Positions 23,021-34,800 of a DNA stretch of 56,590 nucleotides are shown piece by piece (position 1 is the stretch's first letter; the number at the start of each line of letters is the position of its first letter). A program made the position numbers and the translations under genes. The notes beneath the pieces are model-generated. The model was not told the DNA's origin, did not search any database, and saw only the letters and a program-made list of their open reading frames with translations. Source of the stretch: Catajapyx aquilonaris. Lineage: Eukaryota. The DNA lies in assembly GCA_000934665.2 (NCBI GenBank), contig JYFJ02002652.1:1-56590 (forward strand), given 5' to 3'.

Positions 23021-23258
23021 TATTATAATATGTTTAAATTTTGTCAGTGATTTATATGCCTGCCGAAAAGATCTGACATGTGGAGCAGTTTTCACGAGAA
23101 AAAAAAATGTCACAAAGCATGAAATAATGAAACTTGGAAATATGTGTTTACCATGCTACATCAGCAGAGGTGATGTGAAAAGCACACATTCGATATCCTA
23201 AGAATTGTGTTATGGGACCTATGAGCATGTGGATTCACTACATATATCACATATTTAA

Positions 23259-23987
23259 CCCCTTCGCTACCAGCTACGTCGAAAACGTCTAGATTTTAGC
23301 TTACGCATACTCTGAAGATAAAGACAAGATATTTAACAAAATAATAACAGCTATATTTACCCATTCATGAAAAACACTATGAATGGGTTGCAAACAATTT
23401 TACTCCTCTAAAAGTCCCTAAATTAATTTCCAAAAATACTGCCTTTAAAACTCGAAATTCGAGTACTACTGGCCAACTGTTAGGCTGATTTAATTATGAA
23501 ATACGCTGAAATGTACGGAACAACAACCTTGAGAAGCGGTCCAGACGAATTTGCTGAAATCATCGTCCTTTGCGAGCAATAAATTAATACTTATGTGATG
23601 CTTTTTGACACTTTGCAAGAAGTAAATCAATTTGGGAGTTTTCTGAAGTGTCAAAAAGCCGCATATAAGTATTAATTTATTTCTCGCAAAGTACGACGAT
23701 TTCAGCATATTCATCTGGCACACTTCTCAAGGTTGTTGTTTCGTATATTTTAGCATGTTTCATCATTAAATCAGACTAACAGTTGGCTGGTAGTACTCGA
23801 ATTTCGAGTTTTTAATGCAGTCTCTTTGGAAATTAATTCAGGGACTTCTAGAGGAGTAAAATTGTTCAGAGTGTTTTCCATGAATTCGTAAATATAGCTG
23901 TTATCATTTGTAAAATATCTTGTATTTATCTTCAGAGTAGGCGAAGCTAAAATCTAGGCGTTTTTAGCCTAGTTGGTAGGGAAGGGG
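23259..23987. mobile_element. piggyBac-like foldback MITE (intronic)
   Basis: TTAA|CCCCTTC...GAAGGGG|TCAA with imperfect inverted arms of about 280 bp. Confidence 0.8.
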
Positions 23988-24239
23988 TCAAACACACATT
24001 AAACCAAATTCAGATTAACAGGCATTTTAGGCATAAAGAGGGCAGGATGGAACATGCCATTTTCTCTCAGTTGTTTTTCAATCCCATGTGCATGGTTCAA
24101 TTACAGTACCACAAAGACTTCTTACATCGCTGTAGTGTCCTCTCGTGGGATAATTTAATATGATTAATTAAGTGTACACAAGTAACTTCTGATACTGTAA
24201 CAAAAGCTATATAAAATGCAACTTGCAAAATACTCTCAC

Positions 24240-25208
24240 CAATGGGTCGATTGTAGCTCCCTTTCCGGTTAATCCGGTCAAAGAAAGGTACAGATGTGTT
24301 CTTGGGCAAACTGGTCCCCCCAATAGTGAACTGTGGTGTGGAGCCATTGCGAGGGATGGCTGTGGGAGCAGCCCCTGGGCCACCAACAGACACACGAGGG
24401 GACAAGAATGGACGCGATGCCTTGGTTGGGCTTCGGTTGCTAGCCTCACTCCCCTCGCTATCTTGGCGTATGCGACGCCTTCCTGGAACTCGAACCTCAC
24501 CACGAGGCAACTCTTCTTCATTGAACCCATCTTCTGTAGTCACTGCTCCATCTTCAACGGTCCCATTAGCATTAACTGTGTCAGGATTAATGACAATATA
24601 TTCCTGTCCACTTTTGGCTGCTGCTATAGCTGCTGCTGCTGCTGCCTCTGTTATGGTAGGCAGGGTTGGTACTGGTGTCAGTGGTGTTCCAGGCACCAAT
24701 TGGTCAAGTGCCAGGCTTGAATGGACACCTGGATCAATATTGAGTGGAATCTTCAGGCGGCGCTCCATAGTGCCATCTGGAAGCTGTACCATAAAGTAAG
24801 ATGAACCGGCAAGGGAACCCCGTTCCATTTGGAAACGCTTTTCTTCTGCCATTCTCTGAAGCAAAGGTTTCCCACCATTGGAGGCACCACCAGCACCTCC
24901 ACCAGTGGTTCCTACCCCATCCTCCCCTCCATCACCCCCATCAGTTGGTGACCAATCTCCAGCACTAGGCATGGCCAGTGGGCGCATCATGGCACCAAAG
25001 ACTGCACAATTTAGGATAAGACCAGCAAGAATCAGGTTGGCATTCTTCCAATCAAAAGTCTCCAGGAGGAAGGTGGCAAAAGGGGCAAACACAAAGGTCC
25101 CAACTCCAGAACCACACACAGCTATGCCAGTGGCCAGAGCACGCTTTGTCTCAAAGTAGTAGCCCACGCACACCACTGCCGGGAGGTAGATCAGCCCAAA
25201 GCCAAGGC
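24240..25208 (-). CDS. MCT coding exon (TM4-6 plus long cytoplasmic loop)
   Basis: tttcag|GC...ATTG|gtgaga, 969 nt, phase 1-1. Encodes GLGFGLIYLPAVVCVGYYFETKRALATGIAVCGSGVGTF..., typical of MCTs. Overlaps ORF 24097..25176. Confidence 0.95.
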
Positions 25209-25456
25209 CTGAAAAAACGAGACACGTAATATAATAATTTTTTTCCTAATATTATTGCTTCCAAAATGTGTTATTTGCTCTCAATAATGAATAACCAAGA
25301 ACTTGATCTTGCAGATTGCTGAATTAATGTTTCAAACTGGGAGGTACAGATGCTAGGGGTCAGGTTTCAAATTTTGACCTTTACTATGTATGTTTATCAT
25401 GTATTTCTTGACATTTTGCATACCATCAAATTTTGTACCCAATTTCGGTTTTCTAA

Positions 25457-25632
25457 AATGCTTTGTGCATAAAGTAGGCTAGTATTATTTAAAATTAAGG
25501 ACAAAATTAGTGCAGCATCCTCTTGGTTGACATTATCAATAGTAATGCTTTGTGCATAAAGTAGGCTAGTATTATTTAAAATTAAGGACAAAATTAGTGC
25601 AGCATCCTCTTGGTTGACATTATCAATAGTAA
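25457..25632. repeat. Perfect tandem duplication, 87-bp unit x2 (intronic)
   Basis: AATGCTTTGTGCATAAAG...CATTATCAATAGT repeated head to tail. Confidence 0.95.
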
Positions 25633-26170
25633 CACACCTAACACAGCAGAACTTTTATTCTAGCACTAAAAGTGTGTCCAAATTTAAGAATCTGCTTTCA
25701 CTCCACCCTCCACCATATATCATAGTGGAGAGAGGGGACACATAAAAGACTGTAGAAATGCTGCAACATCCGCATGCATCGTAATTCTAAAATTTTTGTA
25801 GCATGAGTTTGTGAATGTCACAGTTATTTTTGAACAGTTATTATGAACGTCAGTGATTATTATTTGGGTCAATGTTGTGCCCATTACATGTTGCAAGAAA
25901 ATACTAGCTACAGGAAAAATTTGGGTGGAAAATTTGTATTCTACATGAGCACAAAATGCCATGATACACCTGTTGAACATGTTCCATGGGGTTAAAAATT
26001 ATGAAATCCAACCGTTGGATTCTTTAAGATTTGGAATGATTTGAAACGATATATACAGCATTATGCAAAAATAACATAATTATTCCTATTCATTACTGAC
26101 AGGGGAATGGTGTGAATGGCATAATCGAGTTTCATGATGAGATCTATTACAGTCAACATCTCTTGCCAAC

Positions 26171-26346
26171 CAGTGGCGGATCTAGACGTCGTTGTTGGGG
26201 GGTGTGATTTGCCGCCGCCCCCCCCCCCCNAAATTTTTTACACTCTGTAAGCACATCGAAATGCGAAATGGCCATTTTTCTGTTTCTTGCTTCAGCTTGG
26301 GGGGGGTGATCACCCCGATCACCCCCCCCCCATAGATCCGCCACTG
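26171..26346. mobile_element. hAT-like MITE (intronic)
   Basis: Perfect 8-bp TSD TTGCCAAC. TIR CAGTGGCGGATCTA / TAGATCCGCCACTG. Confidence 0.9.
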
Positions 26347-27324
26347 TTGCCAACATAATATATTTATATCCCAAAGACCTTCAAATATGAGATGTGACTT
26401 TTTCCCAAATGTGCATTACAACACGTGAGGGAACAAAAAGATTAAATATGAGAGTCAGGAAATCTTCTGACATCATGATTGATCTGCATAACACAATGAT
26501 ATACCAGTTGAAGAGGCCTTGCCCATTACACTTCTTGTAACCATATGAGATGGTCATAATTGTCAAGTCTTAGCATCTTGCAACTTGTAACTTTTAAATT
26601 TAAAGCAGCAACCACAACTAATTCACTCTGGCCACTCACTACTGCAACCACTGCGTACAGCCATCAGGGGCCAGCAGATTCTACTCTTTCCACACTTTTG
26701 CCTTTGCACTGTTTTGCCAGGGTATGATGTTGTTTTGTGGTTTTTAAAATTTCCCTATAGGCCCTACTAGCAGTCTATGATATTACAGTACATATCTTAT
26801 TAACCATTTCACGTTGTCCCTGTATCATTGCAGGTGATCTGGCTCTGTAGCAGGATTGTGAAGCTACACAGCCAGATCAACTGCAGTGATAGAAGTACAG
26901 TTGAATAAAACATTAGCAACATTAACAAGATACCCACATTAGTTCAGAGTGCTTCAAAGGCTTTACAAACTTCATTTAATAATATTTTAAGCAACTAGGT
27001 GCACCTAGAGTTTTTTCATCTTATACTGCGTATGGAATGGGATTTTATGGTCACCCTATACATCTGCACATGCAACAACCCTCATTATTGTCAACAAAGG
27101 TGTGAGTGTTTCTGAATTACAGGATATTTATATGCCCAAGTCTATATAAGCAAGCAGTAAGATATTCAGCAGATATTGCACTGCAATGCCAAGGACACCT
27201 TCGTAATATATCATGCAGTTGGACACATCAAGGTCTCTGGAGGTAATATGATACACTGGAGGGTGTCTAATACCAGAGCTCTTTCACGTGGCTATTGTAT
27301 GAGCATGGGTGGACAGTGACTGAC

Positions 27325-27468
27325 CTCCAAGGATGCCATATGTGAGCATGAGAACGTCCACATTTGGGGAGAGTGTGCTAAGGGCAAACGCAGCACAACC
27401 CAAGAAGCTCCCTGCAATACACACTAGGCGGCATCCAAACTTGTTGCAAAGGGCGCTCACCAGTGGCC
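27325..27468 (-). CDS. MCT coding exon (TM3-4), missing from the supplied ORF track
   Basis: ttttccag|GG...GGAG|gtcagt, 144 nt, phase 1-1. Encodes [48 protein letters not shown], with the MFS loop motif NKFGCR. Confidence 0.95.
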
Positions 27469-27703
27469 CTGGAAAAATACATCATTAATAATGTCACCTT
27501 ACGCAAAGGGTCATCAACTTACTGTCACATACTGTACTAGGTACACTGAAGGATTAAAGCGTAACAGAATATCCCTTGGCAAGGTATCTGGATGACTTAA
27601 GGTGATTTACTGAGTGTGAAAAAGTTAATTCTGATAGACTGGATACTGTAACTTCAAACATGAGTTACACCAGATAAGTATCTGTTGGTGTTCTGCACTA
27701 TAC

Positions 27704-28133
27704 CTGCGCTGAGGTAGACTCCAGAGAGAAGTGACCCGACCCATGCAGTCTTCCCCTTCCCTTCCTTGAAGTAGTTGACAAACTCGAGCATGAAGACTCC
27801 AAAAGTGTAGGCAATCCCATCGACTATCATGTTGCACATGAAGGAGGCAAAGACGACCACCCAGCCCCATCCGCCGTCAGGGGGTGGTGGAATATCCTGG
27901 ACACCCCCGGGCGACATAAGCATGGGCCCATCATCATCGTCGTCTTCTTCCTCTTCCTCGTCCACGCCATCCTCCAGCATATCATCTTCAGGAGATCGGG
28001 AGGACTCCAGCGTCCTCTCGCTCACTGGGGACAGGGGCTTCTCCCACGACTGCGCTGAGTCCTCGTCCGCTGCCGGCGCCCCAGGGCCGCCCCGGGGACC
28101 ACCTCCGCCTGCCGGCCAACCTTCGCTCTCCGT
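27704..28133 (-). CDS. Monocarboxylate transporter (SLC16/MCT family), first confidently identified coding exon (acidic N-terminal region, TM1-2)
   Basis: Acceptor tttcag|ACG at 28133 and donor GCAG|gtatag at 27704. Encodes TESEGWP...DIPPPPDGGWGWVVVFASFMCNMIVDGIAYTFGVF...WVGSLLSGVYLSA, including the MCT signature PPDGGWGW. 430 nt, phase 0 in, phase 1 out. Confidence 0.95.
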
Positions 28134-29799
28134 CTGAAATTCAACAGAAAATTTTCCTTACATATACCCACACCACATTCATTAAGCTTCACTCTATGAT
28201 GCAATTGGATTTATTACGGTGCATGAGAGGAGTACACTACAAAGGAAGGTCTGGCTCACACTCATGCGGATCGAGTTAGTCTGAAAGGAATACGCGGGGT
28301 TTGCATCACTTTGGCTCTCCTGATGTATAATCAAGCGGTCGGCACCAACTTACACGCGCTGCTAAGTGACTGGCTGTGTAGCCAATTAACCGTACTTGAG
28401 GGCAAGACGTGACGTAGGCGAAAGTCACTGAGTGATGGTTCTGCGTACATATAGCCAGAAGGCTCCTCACAAAGCAATCGAATAGCTTGATTTTACAGCT
28501 AGGTTATACCAAGGGTGCAATCGCCGCAGTCGAAGGCCACACGATTTTGCACGAAACCTTACGCTAATAACCGGTTTGACCAATAATAGGATACTAACAA
28601 GTTTTTTAAATGAAATTTTTTTTTCGAGTAACTTTCCTCATAGTAGCACATGCTATATGCCCATAACTGGCAATCAGGCAGGACACCCTACTACCTGGAA
28701 CAAGGAAAATGGGACACTTACATGTATACAGGGGAAGGACGACCCTGTGACCCGTGAATGAGCAATAAGTTTCCCAATATATGGACTAAAAATACACGTT
28801 ACCCTCAGTTTATAGGACATTTTGAATTTTAATTCTTAATATTTTCTTTAAATTCTTTAATCTTGCAATTTCAATTTTTATTCAGCAGCTGCTCCTTTCA
28901 AAAACACAGCTGGTCGTGACAGCTCCCGTTCTTATCCATACTGTCCACGCTTATGTGGTGGTGGGACATTTCCATCCGCCCTGCGGTATGATAAGGACCA
29001 GGCCTGTAGGCTATGTAGCTGGAACAGAAACTTCCTGTATTCACTAGCCTACAGATGTGTTTTCACTATATAAAATCCCTACATATAATAGTTGGCATAT
29101 AGTGGCGTTATGTACAGAATGGTATCGCTGTGTTTTTTTCCGCGGCACCATATATTCATGATTGTTTACTGAAAGTTACACATACAGCTATGTGCACTAA
29201 ATTTCCTCTCTCGAGGGCATCGCAATCTCACCCGGTTTCTGTTGTCGTTTCTCCGTATACGACCCAATAGCCTATAAATTATCCACCGCATATACGCTAG
29301 TTGGCCACATCGTACTGGAAATCGCTGCTTGTTTCCAGTTTGAATTTTGCTGGCGTGGAGAAAGAACGGTGTCGGCGACCTCGTTCTTTCCTCCTATATA
29401 TCCATCCCCCTCCCGCATCCCTCCTTTCATCTATCCATCACTATATGATAAAGGCGCAGCAACCAACGGCCATCAATGTCAATGACGGGGTGGTGATGAT
29501 ATTGCAAGTGATGAATGCCGATTGCCGGCCGGGATTTGGTGGCACGAGCGAGAACATCGTCAGATTTGTCTCTTTGTCGCACGGTCTTTGGGTCCATCCA
29601 AAATCGGAGTCTGGGATTGAACTCGAGGGGTGGTTTGCCATAGGGGGCGATGTGCGTGGTCAAAAGGACCCGACAGGAGGGAGGGCATTATCCTGTTAAC
29701 CCTGTGATTGACGGTGCGCCGCCTCTTTCGCACCCTCAGTGCACTCTGGTGCTGATCTACCGAGGATGTGAGAGCATACCATCAGGCACAACAACCCGA

Positions 29800-31860
29800 C
29801 ATTATGTTACAATTTCATGCGACCAGTGAAACAATCGCCCATAATCATGGTCCAAAAAAGCAGGCAGGCCATCGCCCTGATCAAAGACCCCGAGGGCGAA
29901 GACCACCATAGTACGGGTCATCCAGATGGTGCTGGCAACAGTTGCCCAAATTTTGTCCCGTACAGATTCAATTGGGGTCAACAAGTGACCGAAGCTTTAT
30001 AAACAGATCATTACCGAGTCCTGCTAATTGACCGCTTTCATTGCGCTTCCGAGGCGAATAGCAAAGTTGGCGTCAACACTACGTTCACACGATAAAAAAA
30101 CGGGGGGGGGGGGGGGGNTGAGGCAAGCGATTCTGGCTTGGGTTCTGGTTAGTTTAATGAAACATGTGACCCTGCAGGCCTTGGAGTGGGCCACATGGGG
30201 TCAGGACAATCCGGAGCCCAATGGATTGGTTCCCGTGACAGCTATGTCCGAGACGCGAAGCTGATGAATAGTATACGTAAAGTCCTCATTACGCGTCAGA
30301 TCATTCTCTTCTTCCTTTTCCGCACTCACGCGTAAACAAGTTACGTAAGCGTGGGAAAGAGAGCCTGACTGGCACACCCTCACATATCACTGGCAATCAA
30401 TCCCCCTACAGCATATCCATCCACCTGTATAGGGAAAGAACGCCGTTTCCTATGGCAACACATGCGTCCGAGTCCGGTCTATTGCATCCAGCCCAGCAAT
30501 ATCATCACTCCTTAGAGTTTATTACAGAATGCGACGTAATGAGTGGGAAGAATGCACGCCTTTCACTAACGCCTCTTTAATACCCATCCATCATTCCGGA
30601 GAACTCACGTGCAGTGTCATAAGTATATGGTACAGTACTGGGACCTGTTGCATCATCGTCTATGAATTCACAAACCAGACAATAGCTTGGATGTCTGTGG
30701 TACCCGCGATTCACGCGTACGAGATGAATGCATTCTTTCATCCCACACTTCATTCGGACCTGAACAGTATACCACTGTACCCTCCCACCGCCTTCTGCGT
30801 GACATATGCCAAATGTATGTGCCGAGATAAGGATAAGCACAACAGAGAAAAATGTGGTTATGCTGCAGCCTCATCCTTGTAACACTTATCACTCAGTTAG
30901 TTGTGCAGCATGTGATCGATCGTTAATATATGCCTCAGTGTGTAGTCATGGCTATAATTGAAGCGTTGAAAACCGCGTGATTTATCTGCAGGAACTCCGA
31001 ATCTGCGGATCACTTATCGACTGTGGCTTACACTCCAGTTGTTTTCGATACCTATGTTTCAAATGTCAAGGGTGACTCATTTGCTGAGCTCTCGACACTC
31101 GGCGACAAACGGCGACATGTATACAAAAAAATAAAACTGGCAATCAAGATAGCCTACATTTCAACATCCAAGATGGGGGTTTTGCCACAGACCATGCATT
31201 TAAAATCTCTTTGACCCAACGTTGTTCTATCCTTTGACATCCACGTGAAAAAAAATATATACGCCATCACACACTATGCATAAGCTACAGGAACACTTTT
31301 TGCTCGGAACATGTGGGTAGAATCCGCTCAAGGCCACAAATAAAAATAATGAGATCAAGAAAGTGTAAATATCTGCAGGTCGAAGTTTACGACTCTTGTC
31401 CTTGTCTCTTGCAAGGACGGATACTCCTCGTTAAAAAAAAAAGACTACAGCCAGGCACAACTCGTCATCTACGCCTCTTGAAAATCTTATTTACCTCAGA
31501 TGCCTTTGTCCAAATAAATATTTGCCCAACTTCCCTAGAGCTGTTGACTAAACTCCAAACCGATGAAAAACCAAGCAAGGTCTCAAGCCCCCTGATCACT
31601 ACGCACGTTCGTGAATATATGGATGCAGGGTGACATTGATGAAACCACATGTCTGGAAATACCCATCCGGTGCAATTTCACCCCCGAAGAGGTCAGCGTG
31701 GGACGTACCAATCCTCCAAGAAAAACATTCCATATACAAAGCACCTGACAATAGCCTAGCACTTGTGCTCACCTCGACCTGGACAACCACCAGTGTACGT
31801 GACCCCTTCACAGTACACCACACTTCAGATATCACCTCCCTGTTGATGCTAAGGGCACTT
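29800..31860 (-). mobile_element. Possible very old L1/Tx1-like LINE remnants (patchy)
   Basis: Endonuclease-like fragments near 31500-31860 (LVVVQVEV, FIWTK..NKIF) and C-terminal-like KIWATVASTIWMTRTMVVF near 29900-29955, in the expected order. No RT core was recognised. Confidence 0.3.
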
Positions 31861-34800
31861 GAAGGGCGCAGTTGGTAAGGTTAGCGGTATCCTCCACAGT
31901 ACTGCTTTGTTGGCCCCGAGCTCGACACAACCATGCAAACGCTGGCTTGACGGCACGGCAACTGCACACAGAGATAGGTACGAATAGTTGTCGCCGTTAC
32001 GGTGCTCTTTGCCAAGCCGGCGACGGGCCAAACCAACCAACAGCCGATGCTAGGCAGGCGTGGCCACCCCCTCTAAGACTTGCCAATTTCCCTCGACTAT
32101 CCATTCACTATATTTATGCAACCTTCTAGATGCAGAAAGACTACGCGGAAAGCTTAGTAGCCTATATACGAGAAGGGTTCAAAACCCTGGCTCTCGAAAG
32201 GCAGAAAACAGAACAACAAGTGTGGAGGTAGTTCAGCACCCGAAATAGTCTGTGCAGCACTATATGCCCCGTACAAAAAAAAAAAAAGAGCCTAAAAGGT
32301 ATCGGTGTGAGTAATCAACAAGCTATGAGCTGATGCAATGGAATAACAAGTGAAATGCTGTGCATACAATGTACTACATGAGGGCAATGTACCACAACAG
32401 AGCAAGAAATTAGCCTCCAACACAGGTGCTGACTAGGGGAGTACGAGTTATTGCATCACGGGGAGGCAGCACCTCTGTTGGAGGCTTCCTTGCTCTAATG
32501 TGGTAAGATACTCCTTTAACCGACTGTACTTCAGGTTACAATACGTCGTTTCGTATAATTATTGCTTATTTATCACCGTTTCTATGCGCCATATTGCATA
32601 ACTGTTCCTATACTGCAATCGTTGTCTGACGGCCTTATCCGCAGTATTATCTTTCAAGATGGAAAAAAATACATGATAGATGATGGGACGATATGGCCCG
32701 GGTGGAAAAACAGGACAGCATTGCAGCAATGTGTGTACTAACTTCCAATCTTTCGTGCGCCCTCTATTTTTAGGCGCACAAAGCATACCCCGCTTTATTC
32801 CTCAATATAGATGGTTTCAAGCACGATAAATTTTTATAGCGTATTTTTTTTTTAAAAAAAAAAGACTATTGAAGAGCTTGCGCTTATCATGTTGATTCAA
32901 TTATGTCCACACCATCAGCCAGTACAAGAAAAGAGCTATCTGATACAATTCAACGGGTGGGTGTGTTGTTGCACATATGACCACTAACGGGTAAACAGGA
33001 TACTGATAAGAACAGTCAGCAGTTAGCCAGCCGACACCACCTAAAACCCAAGAAAAGACAGAGGCATAAATCGCACCCCACAAAGTTTATGCTATTCCTG
33101 TCATCCTATTTCAGCACACTAACCAGCAGTTTACTATCTGAGCAACAAACGATTGAATAATATCCAGGCCAAAGTTCGCACATTCGAATCCCGTCTGTTC
33201 CGTACTCACTGGATGTGGGCAAAGAGTCAAGCCCACAATAAGTAGATCAGGGGCACATTTGGGTAAGGTCATCCCAACTACAAGTTCGAAACGTGCCCGG
33301 TTTCCAACTCAACTAGATTACTATAGTGTTTTAAAATGGTAGCGTTAACTTGTACGGATTCTCTTTCTTGCAAACGAAGGCCAAACCTTCCGACACAAAA
33401 GGTTACGCAAACTGTCAATCAAACAAATGGTGCAAATGACTTATTTGCAGACAATGTGGGGCTGCACGTGCCCCAGTACGTCCAGCACGTGCCCACCACA
33501 TTACATGGGGATGGTCAGATAACCTACGTCACACAGCACTTTCTAACGTTCTTGAGACGAAAAGAAACCTGTATTTAGGTTCGTAGAAAAAAATAGTGAC
33601 GTCGACAATTTTTTTTAAAGTGTCCCGCCCCATATGTAGTTGCAGTATGAGTGTGTGAATCACCATCCGCCTCCCTCGTTCCATCAGCTGATTGCCTACT
33701 TTCAGCCACTATCGACTAGGGTCGGGGACATATGGAGCTGAGGAAGTTGAAGGGGGGGAAAAAAATAGGTTCTAACAGACCCCATTACAAAAAAAAAAAA
33801 AGCAGGTTTTATTTCTCAGAATCGGTTCAGAAATCAATGTACTGGGTTTCCCCCCAACTTGTTTACCATACAAATCGGCTAAATAATAGGATGCGAGATA
33901 TTCAGGATGTCAGATTCGCACCTGCTAGCTCGTTAATTACGTTAGCCATTAAGGACCGTGTCTATCTGATCGTGCGGACAGTGTGACCCGCGTCTGTAAA
34001 GGATTATACAATAACTCAGCAATAAGGAAGTTGCGTGGAAAATGGGAATTCACAGCAGTCTTTAATATATAATTATTTGCTACACAGCAACTGACTCGTG
34101 ACTTGCTTAAAAAAAATCAAACACACACCCACACACCCACGATGGTTTGGTATACTACGATAGAAGGAAATCGATCTTGGACCATGTGGAGACCTTGAAT
34201 TTCTGAGATCGATGACTCAGTTGATGACGCTTTTTTTGTTCTTTGTTTTTTTGCAAATACAGCTTTTTATGTAGTTCACATTCGAGCCTAGACCGATTCG
34301 GTTTTTTATTTTGGACCCGGTTTGTTCTATGTTATGTCCAGATATTTCCGCCTGTGGCTTGCACAATCTGGTGAACAAGAGAGGCACTTGTGCTGCATAT
34401 ACTGTCAGGATGAAGAAACCTACTCAAGGACGTGAATCGTATGGAGTGTTGGGAGAATATCTGGATGCATAATTAGGTCATATCTGGGGCATGTGCTATT
34501 TTGCGCATGCAATATCATATGGTCTGTTACCATTGCGGTATTCATTTATCTCGTTGTGTTAACGAGGCGTGAAGATAGTTCGAATGAAAAGCAACATTGA
34601 TGCCCGCTAGAATAAAAATATGGATGCAAAAACATGGAAAGGGAATTAACGCACAAAATAATCCACTTAGTATCCTTCCGGAATGATGAATTATTCATAG
34701 TCTTTTATCGTCAAGTGCCTATAGGAAGCCATCCATCGTGCTACAAATATTATCACGAAAAATTTACCTGAAAAATGTTTGACCAAGAACCTTTCATTAT

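Noticed and set aside
24223..25159. Plus-strand ORFs of 93-167 aa (also 18298-18516, 21680-22092, 27829-28137)
   Set aside because: Antisense shadows of GC-rich MCT exons with no independent coding signal.
26863..26885. miR-2 family identity for the intronic hairpin (CACAGCCAG)
   Set aside because: Only a 9-nt match; the miR-2 5' end TATCACAG and the 3' half are absent.
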